NCBI GenBank assembly: GCA_963768055.1
Contig: CAVYGN010000001.1
Span: forward strand, 704,001 to 768,000
DNA: 64,000 nt
Direction of reading: 5' to 3'
Source of the DNA: an uncultured Spirochaetota bacterium
GTDB taxonomy: Bacteria; Spirochaetota; Brevinematia; Brevinematales; JAOACQ01
Under the pieces are notes generated by a model. It did not search any database. It was not told the origin of the DNA and saw only the letters and a program-made list of their open reading frames with translations. This document shows positions 38,751-49,500 of this stretch, piece after piece (position 1 is the stretch's first letter; the number at the start of each line of letters is the position of its first letter). The translations under genes and the position numbers were made by a program.

Positions 38751-40010
38751 TTAGGGCTCATTCAAAATATCCTCAAGTTCATTATGTTTGATAAGCTTTT
38801 TTTCAATATTCGGCAGGAAAACTGCAAGGATCCCTATTAACGGAAGGAAAGCGCACAACCGGTAAACAAAGTCGACGCTTGTCCTGTCAGCTACTACGCC
38901 AAGTACAGCGGAACCTATTCCGGCTATGCCGAACGCCAGGCCGAAGAAAAGACCGGATATAAGCCCTACCTTGCCGGGAATAAGCTCATGTGCAAAGACA
39001 AGTATGGCTGAAAAGGCTGATGAAAGTATCAATCCTATGCAAACTGTCAATAATGTTGTACCGACAAGCCCGGCATAAGGCAAAATCAGGGTAAAAGGAG
39101 CTACCCCCAGTATTGAGAACCATATAACATACTTACGACCTATCCTGTCTCCGACAGGTCCTCCAAGCAGGGTGCCCGCCGCAACTGCAGCCTGGAATAT
39201 GAAAAGATGCAATTGAGCGTTCTTAATGGTAAGGCCGAATTTGCTTATCAGGTAAAACATGTAAAAATTGTTAATGCTTGAAAGGTAAAAATACTTTGAA
39301 AAGATAAGGAAAATTAAAATGGTCATCGAGAAAACAACTGTCCTGCCTGAAACAGGCGGTTTAAGCAGCGCCGGTTTGTTTTTATTTTTATAATGAATTT
39401 CTTTTAATCTGGCGTTATACCAGCGTCCGACCCGGATCAGTATGATGATGCCAGATAAAGCTAGAATTGCAAACCATGCGATGTTTGATCTTTGATTATT
39501 TACAATAACTAAAGCAGCGAGAAGAGGGCCGAAAGAAGCCCCTGCATTTCCGCCTACCTGGAAAAAAGACTGGGCGAATCCCTTGCGGCCCCCGGAAGCC
39601 ATCTGGGCAATCCTTGAAGACTCGGGATGAAAGATTGAAGATCCGGCGCCGACCATTGCGACTGAAAACAAAAGAAAACCAAAGCTGCCCGCATAAGAAA
39701 GCATTATTAAACCGATTAAAGTGAAGCACATGCCGGCTGCCAATATATAAAGCTTGGGCCTTTTATCGGAATAAGCCCCTACAAGCGGCTGTAAAATTGA
39801 TGCGGTTAGCTGGTAAACAAATGTGATAAGGCCGATCTGCACATAGTTAAGCCTGAAAGACAGCTTTAAAATCGGATATGTGGCCAGGATAAGAGACTGA
39901 ATTGAGTCATTTAAAAAGTGGCATATGCATATTGCAACAAGGACAGTCATTATGGTTTTTTCGGCGGTAATTTTTAACCGGTGACCGTTATTAACTTTTT
40001 CAAGGTTCAT
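38751..40010 (-). CDS. fsr: MFS transporter, fosmidomycin-resistance (Fsr) type
   Basis: HFLNDSIQS, ASILQP, GSSIFHPESSR, AQSFFQVGGNAG. Confidence 0.85.
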   Translation of the reverse strand: MNLEKVNNGHRLKITAEKTIMTVLVAICICHFLNDSIQSLILATYPILKLSFRLNYVQIGLITFVYQLTASILQPLVGAYSDKRPKLYILAAGMCFTLIGLIMLSYAGSFGFLLFSVAMVGAGSSIFHPESSRIAQMASGGRKGFAQSFFQVGGNAGASFGPLLAALVIVNNQRSNIAWFAILALSGIIILIRVGRWYNARLKEIHYKNKNKPALLKPPVSGRTVVFSMTILIFLIFSKYFYLSSINNFYMFYLISKFGLTIKNAQLHLFIFQAAVAAGTLLGGPVGDRIGRKYVIWFSILGVAPFTLILPYAGLVGTTLLTVCIGLILSSAFSAILVFAHELIPGKVGLISGLFFGLAFGIAGIGSAVLGVVADRTSVDFVYRLCAFLPLIGILAVFLPNIEKKLIKHNELEDILNEP

Positions 40011-40302
40011 GAAAAGTATGATTCCTATTTAACAACGGTTGCAAAAACCGCCTGTTTTATATATTTATTATAAAACAATGTTAAATATAATTCAAAATTA
40101 ACCCTGCAGGTGTTTAGATGTCAAAACCGATTATCAGTTTCGGTCTTTGAGCGATAGTGATGTCTGGATAAGCAATATCTTGTTGGAAGGAGGTGATTAT
40201 TTATCGAAATTGGGGCTGTGGCGGAAATATTATGTTTGATTTTATATCCATTATTCATTAATTTTAAATTGTTCGAAATATTGATAAAGGGGAGGGAGAA
40301 AT

Positions 40303-40860
40303 ATGTCAAAAAAAAGTATCGCAGTTATAGTCGGCAGCCTTCGTAAAGAGTCTTTTAATTTAAAGATGGCAAAGGCTATGATTGATATCGCACCGGCCTC
40401 TTACCCTATGGAATTGGTCGATATCGGCCGGCTTGCTTTGTATAACCAGGACCTTGAAGACAATCCTCTGGCCCAGTGGACGGAATTCAGGGAAACGATG
40501 AAGAGGTTCGATGCCGTCCTATTTGTAACTCCCGAATATAACAGGTCTATTCCCGGGCCGCTTAAAAATGCTATCGATGTAGGTTCGAGGCCCTACGGCA
40601 AGAGCATATGGAACGGCCTGCCCGCTGCTGTAGTAAGCGTATCTCCGGGCCAGCTGGGTGCTTTCGGAGCGAACCACATCCTGAGGCAGTCGCTTGTTTT
40701 TCTGAATATGCCTGCGATGCCTGCACCGGAGGCTTACATCTCGAACGCATCGCAGCTTTTCGGCCCCGATGGTTCCTTGACTAATCCCGGGACTGTTGAA
40801 TACATGACAAAGTTCATGAACGCTTTCCTGTTATGGATCGAGGCGAATGAAAAAAAATGA
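40303..40860 (+). CDS. NADPH-dependent FMN reductase (ChrR-like)
   Basis: VGSLRKESFN, TPEYNRSIPGPLKNAIDVGSRPYG. Confidence 0.92.
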   Translation: MSKKSIAVIVGSLRKESFNLKMAKAMIDIAPASYPMELVDIGRLALYNQDLEDNPLAQWTEFRETMKRFDAVLFVTPEYNRSIPGPLKNAIDVGSRPYGKSIWNGLPAAVVSVSPGQLGAFGANHILRQSLVFLNMPAMPAPEAYISNASQLFGPDGSLTNPGTVEYMTKFMNAFLLWIEANEKK

Positions 40861-40883
40861 TTCAATGCCGATTCGCTATCAGT

Positions 40884-40919
40884 GAAATTTTGATAAAAGT
40901 TCCGATCGGGAATAGAATA
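40884..40919 (+). promoter_or_regulatory. Outlying P module
   Basis: gaaatt-TTGATA (40890)-N17-TAGAAT (40913). Confidence 0.7.
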
Positions 40920-40960
40920 AATGACGGTTATCGATTGCGCCGAGAAGAAGGGCTGCAAAT

Positions 40961-41548
40961 ATGTCCGTTGAAGATTGCTTAAAGTTATTCAATCTAAAAC
41001 CTGATGCAACTTTAAATGATGTCAAAAAAGCTTACAGGATCCTCGCTAAAAAAAATCATCCCGATAGGTTCGTAAATACCGAATTGAAAAATAGACAAGA
41101 AGACACGATGGTTAAAATAAATGAAGCGTATAATCAAATCATCTTGAATTTTAAAAAAAATAAAAATGTTTTAAATTTTGAAATAAAAAAGGATACCTTT
41201 AAAAATTCCGGAAATGAGGCTGCCGATTACAGGCTTTATAAAACGGGCCTTGAATATTATGACAGGTGTTACGAGGGTATTTCTAAAATGGCAAAACATG
41301 ATATAAAGGATAGGGAGGACAACCTTAATAAAGCTAAATCTTGCTTTATACAGGTCTTAAATGAATATCCCAATAGCGATTGGGCGTTCGACGCGGGAGA
41401 AAAATTAAAAAAAATTGAAAAGCTCATAGATAGTCTTGAAAAACAAAGGAATTATAATCGGGATACTCAGTGGTCTCCGCCAAAAAAAGATTCCGGATTT
41501 TATTCGCAAAAATTTAAAGATTTGTTTAAGGGCGGTTCCAAAAACTAG
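40961..41548 (+). CDS. DnaJ-domain protein with TPR-like C-terminus
   Basis: VKKAYRILAKKNHPD, INEAY; YPNSDWA. Confidence 0.85.
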   Translation: MSVEDCLKLFNLKPDATLNDVKKAYRILAKKNHPDRFVNTELKNRQEDTMVKINEAYNQIILNFKKNKNVLNFEIKKDTFKNSGNEAADYRLYKTGLEYYDRCYEGISKMAKHDIKDREDNLNKAKSCFIQVLNEYPNSDWAFDAGEKLKKIEKLIDSLEKQRNYNRDTQWSPPKKDSGFYSQKFKDLFKGGSKN

Positions 41549-41810
41549 ATTTTTGAAAAACAATCGTAATGATGAATCTAATAATTCCGCCAAATGGTGC
41601 CCTGGTGCCTGGCCCCAGGACAGGGCCACTTGTCCCCGTAAGGGTTTATCCCCGTAAGGGGGGCAGTTATTAGAAGTGCCCTTAAAAAATAAATAGATCT
41701 TTCTTGTTATTAACCATCCATTAAATGAGGTAAAATATTTGACCTGAAAATCGTGAATGGATATACTTAAGACCATAATGGCGGGTTTGTCGTAAAGGGG
41801 TAATAGCGTT

Positions 41811-42857
41811 ATGAAATTATCTTTAAAAATTGCTTATACTGATCTTATACCTTCGGGAATAGTTTTATCGGCTGTTTTATGGCCGGCTCTTACAGTACTT
41901 GCAACACTTACACTTTCCGGCTGTTCGAATTCGCCGGGGTCTTCCGGGGGCGGGGGTGGAAATGGGTCCGGTTCTTCGACTTCAAAGCCGATCAACGACG
42001 CAGCCCATGAATTTTCTCCCTCCTGGGTTTACAACCAGATAAACGGCGGAGCGGATAACGGCAGCGATCCTGCCCAGGCGATGCAGCTGATAATTGGTAA
42101 TGGGATAGATACACTATATTATTTTCCATATAATCCAAACGATTATTCTACCAAGCCCGATTCCGCGTCCATGAAAAGGGCTATTCAATATAAAGAATCG
42201 GGATGGATGTTCGTTTCTATAGATATCAATTCCATTAAGCAGCTCTTATCCACGGGGTTGCCCGTCGCAATAGCGATCAAGACATATGATCCTGATTTTG
42301 ATAATCTTGGATCAACAACAGGTTCGCTGACCGGCGATGTTTATTGTACTACTAACGCTTATAAAAACAGCAATTATGACGGCGATCATGAAATCTGTCT
42401 TGTCGGTTATGACGACAACAAGGGTTATTCATACCCCTCAGGCTCGGGCAGCGGGGCGTTCAGGTTCATCAATTCATGGGGTACAGGTTGGGACGACAAC
42501 GGATACGGCTGGATATCCTATTCATTCATATCGAACAGTGTCATTGAAGAAGCTGTCACGTTTAATTCGGCCGGATCGATTGCCGGCGGATCGATTACTC
42601 TTTCTTATGAAACTATGCCCGGAAGTTCTCTTCCAAACATAACAGGCCTGAGACGGCGGGGCGTAAAATTTAATAAACAGGCAAGAATTGCTATGAGATC
42701 ATATCTTTTCAAAAGTTCGGTCGCTCCGTTAGGATCTTCGGCTGATATTTCCGGAAGCATGCCGCCTGTCGGCAATCAGGGAATCCAGAATTCCTGCGTC
42801 GGCTGGGCCATCGGCTACTATATGAAAACTTACCTTCAAAACGGAAGGGGGTGGTGA
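41811..42857 (+). CDS. Papain-like (C1) cysteine peptidase lipoprotein, circularly permuted
   Basis: LSGC lipobox; HEICLVGYDD and NSWG precede NQGIQNSCVGWA. Confidence 0.8.
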   Translation: MKLSLKIAYTDLIPSGIVLSAVLWPALTVLATLTLSGCSNSPGSSGGGGGNGSGSSTSKPINDAAHEFSPSWVYNQINGGADNGSDPAQAMQLIIGNGIDTLYYFPYNPNDYSTKPDSASMKRAIQYKESGWMFVSIDINSIKQLLSTGLPVAIAIKTYDPDFDNLGSTTGSLTGDVYCTTNAYKNSNYDGDHEICLVGYDDNKGYSYPSGSGSGAFRFINSWGTGWDDNGYGWISYSFISNSVIEEAVTFNSAGSIAGGSITLSYETMPGSSLPNITGLRRRGVKFNKQARIAMRSYLFKSSVAPLGSSADISGSMPPVGNQGIQNSCVGWAIGYYMKTYLQNGRGW

Positions 42858-42870
42858 TGGGGGCAGCTAA

Positions 42871-43449
42871 ATGGATGAAAGGTTCAGAAAGCAATTAGAT
42901 TTTATTATTGAGATCGATAAAATTAAATCAATTTTCCGCAAAACAAAATTATTTGACGGCTCAAGATTGGAAAATGATTCCGAACATTCCTGGCACCTGG
43001 CCATGATGGCTATTATCCTGTTAGAGTATTCTAATGAACCTCTAAATTTCCCGAAAGTCATTAAAATGGTATTAATCCATGATATTGTTGAAATAGATGC
43101 CGGCGATACGATCATATATGCAAAAGATGCCCAAAAAGACAATGATGAAATTAAAGCAGCCGATAGAATATTCTCTTTATTGCCTGAAGACCAAAAGCAG
43201 GAAATGATAAGCATATGGAAGGAATTTGAAAAAAGGGAATCGCCCGAAGCTAAATTTGCCGCCGCCATTGACCGTCTTGAACCGGTTATGCAGAATTATT
43301 ATAATGATGCCCTTGCCTGGAGAAATAATAATATACCGGCAGAAAAAATTTTAAATGTCAATATTAGAATTAAAAACGGTTCTGAAAAATTATGGGATTA
43401 TGCAAAGAGCCTTATCGATAAATGTATTGAAAAAGGCTTGATTAAATGA
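42871..43449 (+). CDS. HD-domain phosphohydrolase
   Basis: ENDSEHSWH, LIHDIVEIDAGD, AIDRLEP. Confidence 0.9.
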   Translation: MDERFRKQLDFIIEIDKIKSIFRKTKLFDGSRLENDSEHSWHLAMMAIILLEYSNEPLNFPKVIKMVLIHDIVEIDAGDTIIYAKDAQKDNDEIKAADRIFSLLPEDQKQEMISIWKEFEKRESPEAKFAAAIDRLEPVMQNYYNDALAWRNNNIPAEKILNVNIRIKNGSEKLWDYAKSLIDKCIEKGLIK

Positions 43450-43497
43450 AGCGGAAAGCCCCTGGAAAGGCTCTATTTAAATAACGGAGAGCATATC

Positions 43498-44130
43498 ATG
43501 GTTTCTTTGATGAAATTTTCGGGATGCACTTTTATTATTTCTGCAATATGTTTGGGAATATGGTGGTTTTCAGCAATGTTCCTTTTTTTCTATTTTGAAA
43601 AAAATTTAAGCCAGAATTTCGGAAATTACTATCTGTCAAATTGGTCAATAATCAGTAATATTTTTCAGTTTCTGACTGTCATTCTCATTGCAATTTCTTT
43701 TGGAACAATCTACTTTGTTTTCATGGGCGAATTGAAAAATCTTGGAGTTGTGTTATTTTGTATTATAATGACAGGTTCAATCCTGATGGGGGGGATCGCT
43801 TTTTATGAAACATTTATCTGGCCCGTGTTAGCTAAAATTGACGTGCAGATTTTAAATTTAACAAAAGGGCCTGTTTATACGAATATCTTGTTCCTGATAG
43901 GATTTTCCATTCCCTTATTTCTTTTTGTTTTGAATTTTATCCTTTACGGGTTCGCATTCTGGAGTTTGGGGATTTATCCGGCTACGGCATTATTATCTTT
44001 TGTCTTCGGGGCTGTTATTTTCGCATTGGGGTCGCTGATAACCCCGGTCCGTTATTATGTTCAAAGTTCCGGGGTGATTTTATTGATCTGCGGTTTGATC
44101 GGGACGGGCTTAAGAAATTTGCATGGCTGA
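43498..44130 (+). CDS. Multi-pass membrane protein
   Basis: About six hydrophobic segments; GGAG RBS. Confidence 0.7.
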   Translation: MVSLMKFSGCTFIISAICLGIWWFSAMFLFFYFEKNLSQNFGNYYLSNWSIISNIFQFLTVILIAISFGTIYFVFMGELKNLGVVLFCIIMTGSILMGGIAFYETFIWPVLAKIDVQILNLTKGPVYTNILFLIGFSIPLFLFVLNFILYGFAFWSLGIYPATALLSFVFGAVIFALGSLITPVRYYVQSSGVILLICGLIGTGLRNLHG

Positions 44131-44154
44131 TGGATTGATAATGGCGGTTTATTT

Positions 44155-44577
44155 ATGAAAGGAATAATTATTAAAGACGGCTTAGAAAATATGGATTTTG
44201 AAAAAATAACGGAAATGCTTTCCAAGTCATTCTGGGTTCCCGGCATTAAGATAGACGAGGTAAAAAAGGGGGCGTTTAATTCAGCCCTGGTTATAGGAGC
44301 ATTCCTGAATGATAATGTCCAGATAAGCTATGCAAGAGTAATATCGGATAAGACAAGGTTTGCTTACATTCTTGACGTGTATGTCGACGAACCCTATAGA
44401 AAACAGGGAATCGGCCAAGCTATGATAAAATATATCCTTTCACATAATGAATTGAAGGATGTTTATCAATGGACATTGATAACAAAAGACGCTCACGGGG
44501 TTTATAGTAAACTGGGTTTCAAGCCTACCGGCCGCGCATCGGACTGGATGGAAATCAGGAATGAAAGGCCGAGGTGA
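44155..44577 (+). CDS. GNAT acetyltransferase
   Basis: FAYILDVYVDEPYRKQGIG, DAHGVYSKLGF. Confidence 0.9.
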   Translation: MKGIIIKDGLENMDFEKITEMLSKSFWVPGIKIDEVKKGAFNSALVIGAFLNDNVQISYARVISDKTRFAYILDVYVDEPYRKQGIGQAMIKYILSHNELKDVYQWTLITKDAHGVYSKLGFKPTGRASDWMEIRNERPR

Positions 44578-44579
44578 GG

Positions 44580-45706
44580 CTATTTTATTTTAAAACTTAT
44601 CCTGTTTCCCGCCATATAATGGGGAATGCCGCTTTTATTGTAGTCATGGCCCCAGTGCGGGGAATATCCGTAAACAAGCCAGCCTTCCCGGCCGCTTTCA
44701 TCATCGAAAACAATAACGGATTCACAGGAAAGCGATTTTCCTATAAGAGGCTGGCTGTAGTCCTTAATGAGCATTTCAGGGTCGGACCATGCCGTTCCGT
44801 CATTCGAATAGGATATATATATGCCGCTTTTGCTGAGGCCGGTATTGTACACGAATTCCTTCCAATAATCGACATTGAGAGTCATGATATATTTTTTGAG
44901 GTATGGGGAATATACCACATGGGCTTCCTCTGTTTCCGCTGTGTTCCCTCCGGGGAGATTAAATAACGGAGTGTTCCTGCCTCCTATTCCCGGCTCTTCA
45001 AATTTACCGTTATAATATTTATAAAATACCAGTCCGGTTTCATTGATTTTATCTATTGATGCTCGGGCCATGCATACCTGGACGCCGCGGTTATCTATTC
45101 GGGAATGTTCGGTATAATAGAGATAAACGAATTTTTTATTTTTATCGACGACAAGCCCCGGGTCGCCGGTTCCGCGGTAGCCTGGCCCTTAAAGAAAGTC
45201 CATTCTTTCGGCTTGCAGCTTTGGATTACAGGCCCGAGCTTCAGCCAGCTCAGCCCTCCGTTAGTGGATGAGGCGAGGAAGACCCTGCAATAAAAGCCCG
45301 GTACGCCGTTTCCGAGAGCAGGCAAATCCTCCTGGTCTTCGCCATGATAAACCGCATACCAGGTCCCGCTCTTATAAAAGGCCCCACTGACGCCGGCATA
45401 TCCATTGTCCTGAGAACCGGGAGGGCCGGGGTCAATTACCTTCCTTGCTCTTTCAAGGTGCCCGATATCTTTTCCTTCTATCAGGTAAGTATATTTAATT
45501 GCCGAAATCAGAGCGCGGAAAACAGGTTTTGTCTGCAAAACCGTTAAGGCCTCATCCGGGAAGTATTCCAGGCCGAGCGAGCCGCTTGAAAGCAGGGTCT
45601 GCCTGTCGCCGAGAGTCAAAATGATATCCGGCTTTTCATGGCAATATAATGATGAGCAGTAAATCAGAAAAATTAAAAAGGGAATAATTTTAAATAAAAT
45701 AAATAT
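44580..45706 (-). pseudogene. Exported beta-propeller/glycoside hydrolase-like protein, frameshifted
   Basis: Asp-box-like SSTNGGLSW and SNDGTAW; a 1-nt shift near 45178 joins the two ORFs. Confidence 0.65.
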
Positions 45707-45758
45707 GCTCCCGGCAGGAAGTTTAACTTGTTAAGATCTTTTTGTAAAGGTATAACTA

Positions 45759-45796
45759 AAATTTTTGATAAAAACGGCAACCGGGGTTAGTATAAT
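45759..45796 (+). promoter_or_regulatory. Outlying diverged P module
   Basis: TTGATA (45765)aaaacggcaaccggggt-TAGTAT. Confidence 0.55.
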
Positions 45797-45816
45797 GGGC
45801 AAATAAAGGATTTATT

Positions 45817-46266
45817 ATGAGTTGTAAAATTATAGCAATCGGTAAAAGCCAGATTCAAAGGTTAAAGTCGTTATGGGAAAAGTTAAATGAAATGCATTTA
45901 ACAGATTCAAATTATTTCAAAGAACAATATAAAGAATTTACCTTTGATAAGCGCTGTGAAAAATTTATTGAAATGGAAGACAATAAAATTCTGATAGAAT
46001 TAGTCATAGACAATGAAATTCCTGTAGGCTACTGCATATCGACAATAGATAAGGGTGTCGGAGAAATTGATTCATTATTTGTTGAAGAAATATATAGAAA
46101 ATTTGGCTTCGGCAGGCAATTGATTTTAAACAGTATTAAATGGTTAAAAAGGAATCACTGTATTAAAATATTTGTCACGGTTGCCGAAGGCCACGAATCC
46201 GTATTCGGATTTTATCAAAGATTCGGTTTTTATCCAAGAATGACATATCTTCAGCTAAAAGAATGA
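45817..46266 (+). CDS. GNAT acetyltransferase
   Basis: GEIDSLFVEEIYRKFGFG, FYQRFGF. Confidence 0.9.
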   Translation: MSCKIIAIGKSQIQRLKSLWEKLNEMHLTDSNYFKEQYKEFTFDKRCEKFIEMEDNKILIELVIDNEIPVGYCISTIDKGVGEIDSLFVEEIYRKFGFGRQLILNSIKWLKRNHCIKIFVTVAEGHESVFGFYQRFGFYPRMTYLQLKE

Positions 46267-46547
46267 ATTGATTATGGCCGGCTGCGGAATGGCAATCCCC
46301 ATGCTAAACACTCCGCCGGAAAAAAATTTCTTCAATATTATATTTTAAACCGGTTAAGTATGCTATAATAATCGGCTGTAAAATTTATGAGGCGGCCCGC
46401 CGATGCCATTAAGCTTTTTATACAAATTATTTATGACTAAGAAAAGTAACCCTGATAAAAAGTTTTTTATGTCAAGTGACTGGATGAACCGTAACCGGAG
46501 CAAAATGTCCCGAAACAAAGAGAGGTATGTTTCGAAGGGGCGATAAT

Positions 46548-49500
46548 TCAACCAATAACTACCTCAGCCAAATGTTCTGCACGGTCATCGAAAAGCGGTA
46601 AGAATTTATCCTCCCGTTTTATCCCGTCGACGGCTACCGAAACAACATTATCCGATGCCCCGGCCCGCACGATCGTTATATGATAAAATGTCTCTCTATA
46701 GCGGTAATGGATCTTGAACGAATTCCACTCTTCCGGCAGGCAGGGTTCAAAAGAAAGCCTGTCAACTTTTAATTGTATTCCCAGCAGGTACTTAACTATG
46801 AGCTGGTACATCCATGACGCGGAACCGGTATACCATGTCCACCCGCCGCGCCCGGCATGGGGCAGGGCGGTGTAAACATCTCCGCACATGACAAAAGGTT
46901 CCACTTTGTAAACATCGCACTTATCCGGGGTATCGCTATGCCGGACAGGGTTGATCAGGTTCAATAATTCCCAGGCGCGGTTTCGATCTTTCAGCAGCGC
47001 AAACGCAATAACCGCCCATACCGCGGCATGTGTATACTGGGCCCCGTTTTCCCTCACGCCTGGAACATATCCCATTATATATCCGGGGTTATTCGCGGAT
47101 TTATCAAACGGGGGATCGAAGAGTTTTATCAGGCCGTCTTTTCTGTCAACAAGCCGCCGGTCAACCTGGTCCATAGCAGCTTTAGCCCTCTGGGCGCCGG
47201 ACTCTCCGGATATGACCGCCCAGGACTGGGGTATCGAATCGATTTGACATTCCATGTTGGACGAAGAACCCAGGATTTCCCCGTTATCGAAATACGCCCT
47301 TATGTACCATTGCCCGTCCCATGCGTTTTCTTCAATGTTTTGTGAAAGAAGGTCAGCTTCTTTGAGGCATAATTCCGAAAAGCTCGCGTCTCCGCGGTTC
47401 AAGCTCAGCACGGACATCGATTTCAGGACATAGTACAGGAAGAATGCCAGCCAGACGCTTTCCCCTTTCCCTTTATTTCCTACAAGGTTCATCCCGTCGT
47501 TCCAATCGCCGCTTCCCATAAGCGGGAGGCCATGAATGCCGAAATTCAAGCTCTTTTTTACCGCTAAAACACAATGTTCATATAATGTTCCTGATTTACC
47601 GGATCTTTTAGGCGTTTCAAAATAAGATTCATCCCCCGGTTTTACCGGAGGCCCTTCAAGAAAGGCTGCTTGTTCCTCAAGGACCCCTGTATCCCCGATC
47701 TCATTTACATAAAGACATGTAACAAGCGGAAGCCATAAATAATCGTCCGAACAATGGGTGCGGATGCCGGCGCCGGATGAAGGATGCCACCAATGCTGAA
47801 CGTCGCCTTCGATAAATTGCCGCGAAGCGAAGGTCAGTAATTGTTCCCTTGCCATTCCCGGATTGGTATGCATCAGGGCCATGCAGTCCTGCAGCTGGTC
47901 GCGGAAACCGTACGCGCCGCCTGACTGATAAAAACCGCTGCGACCCCACAGGCGGCAGCTTATCACCTGATATTGCAGCCATCCGTTCACAAGAAAATTG
48001 ATAGAATTGTCAGGCGTTTCGATATATACCACTCCAAGGGTGTGTTTCCAGTATTCCCAGACGGCTTCCAGTTCCCGGCGTACCGACTCGGCTCCGTTAA
48101 AACGCTGCAGAAAACCCCTTGCTTCATCGACGCTTTTGCCGGAGCCGAAGATAAATATAATCTCCTTCTCATAGCTGTCGTCCAGCTGGAAAATTACCTG
48201 CATGGACGCACATGGGTCAAGGCCTGCTCCGGTATTGCCCGATAATCTTTCGCACAGCATTGCGGCGGGAGCCGCCATTGTGCCGTTCCTTCCTATAAAC
48301 TCGATCCTGTCGCCGCATACGAAACGTGCAGTTTCGTTGGTATCGAGGAAAACGATCCTGTCGGTGAAATCTTTATTGTAGGGATTATAAGCCAGGAGCG
48401 CGCCGCTTTTCGGGTCTACTTCTGTTGAAATATGCATATGGAATTTATCTCTGAAGGTACCCATAACCAGCTCATAGTAGGCTGCAGCGGAGAGTATTCT
48501 TTTTCGACCGGAGTTGTTTTTAACTTTTAAGACTGCAAATTTTACAGGGTGTTCAAGAGAAACAAAAACCGTCAATTCTGTGAAAATTCCCCACTCCTCA
48601 TGCTCGAAAATACTGTATCCGAAACCATGGCGGGTTACATAGATAGTTTTTCCCCCGGCTGGAAGTGGGGCGGGGGACCAGAAAAAACCTGTTTCCTCAT
48701 CGCGCAGATAAAGCGCTTCTCCGCAGGCGTCCGTTACCGGGTCGTTCTTCCATGGCGTTAGACGGTACTCATGCGCGTTTTCGCTCCATGTATACGCGGA
48801 CCCGCTTTCTGAAACTATTGTGCCGAAATTCCTGTTGGCCAGCACGTTTACCCAGGGAGCGGGAGTCCTGGCCGATAAGTTGGTTGTGATTACATATTCG
48901 CGGCCGTCATGGGTAAAACCGCCTAAACCGTTGAAATATTCCAGGTCGGAGCGTTCCCCGAATTTCTCTCCCGTTGTGCCGTAGGGCTGCCTTGACTTTT
49001 TACCCGGAGCAAACGGAAACCTGATTATCCTGGGTTGAGCTTTATACTCTATTTGTTCCGCCAGTGTTCCGCCCTTGTCGGTAATTACTATCCGCGTTGC
49101 GGTTTGCAGCAATATTTTATCATCTTCGGACATCTGGTCGGTACGCCTTAAGAATATCCTGCCCTGATGTTTCGACCCTGCCTCGGCATATGCCGATATC
49201 AGGCCGTTTATCCTTTCACTCATGCTGTCGCGATAAACCGAATGATCCTCATTCCAGATTACGAGGTCTGTTATCAGGCCTTTCAAGCTCCAGAACGAAT
49301 GCGCCTTCACCATTTGCGTTATCAAGTCAATATTTTCCTGATGTTCGATACTGACAAGCACTATAGGAAGGTCCCCTGAAATGCCATGTCCCCACAGGTC
49401 GGACTGCCCCCTTAAATTCTGCCTGAGGATGGCGGGATTCGCCCGCCATACGGGATTTGAATAAACAATGGCGCTCGCAAGACGGCCGTACAATTGAGCT

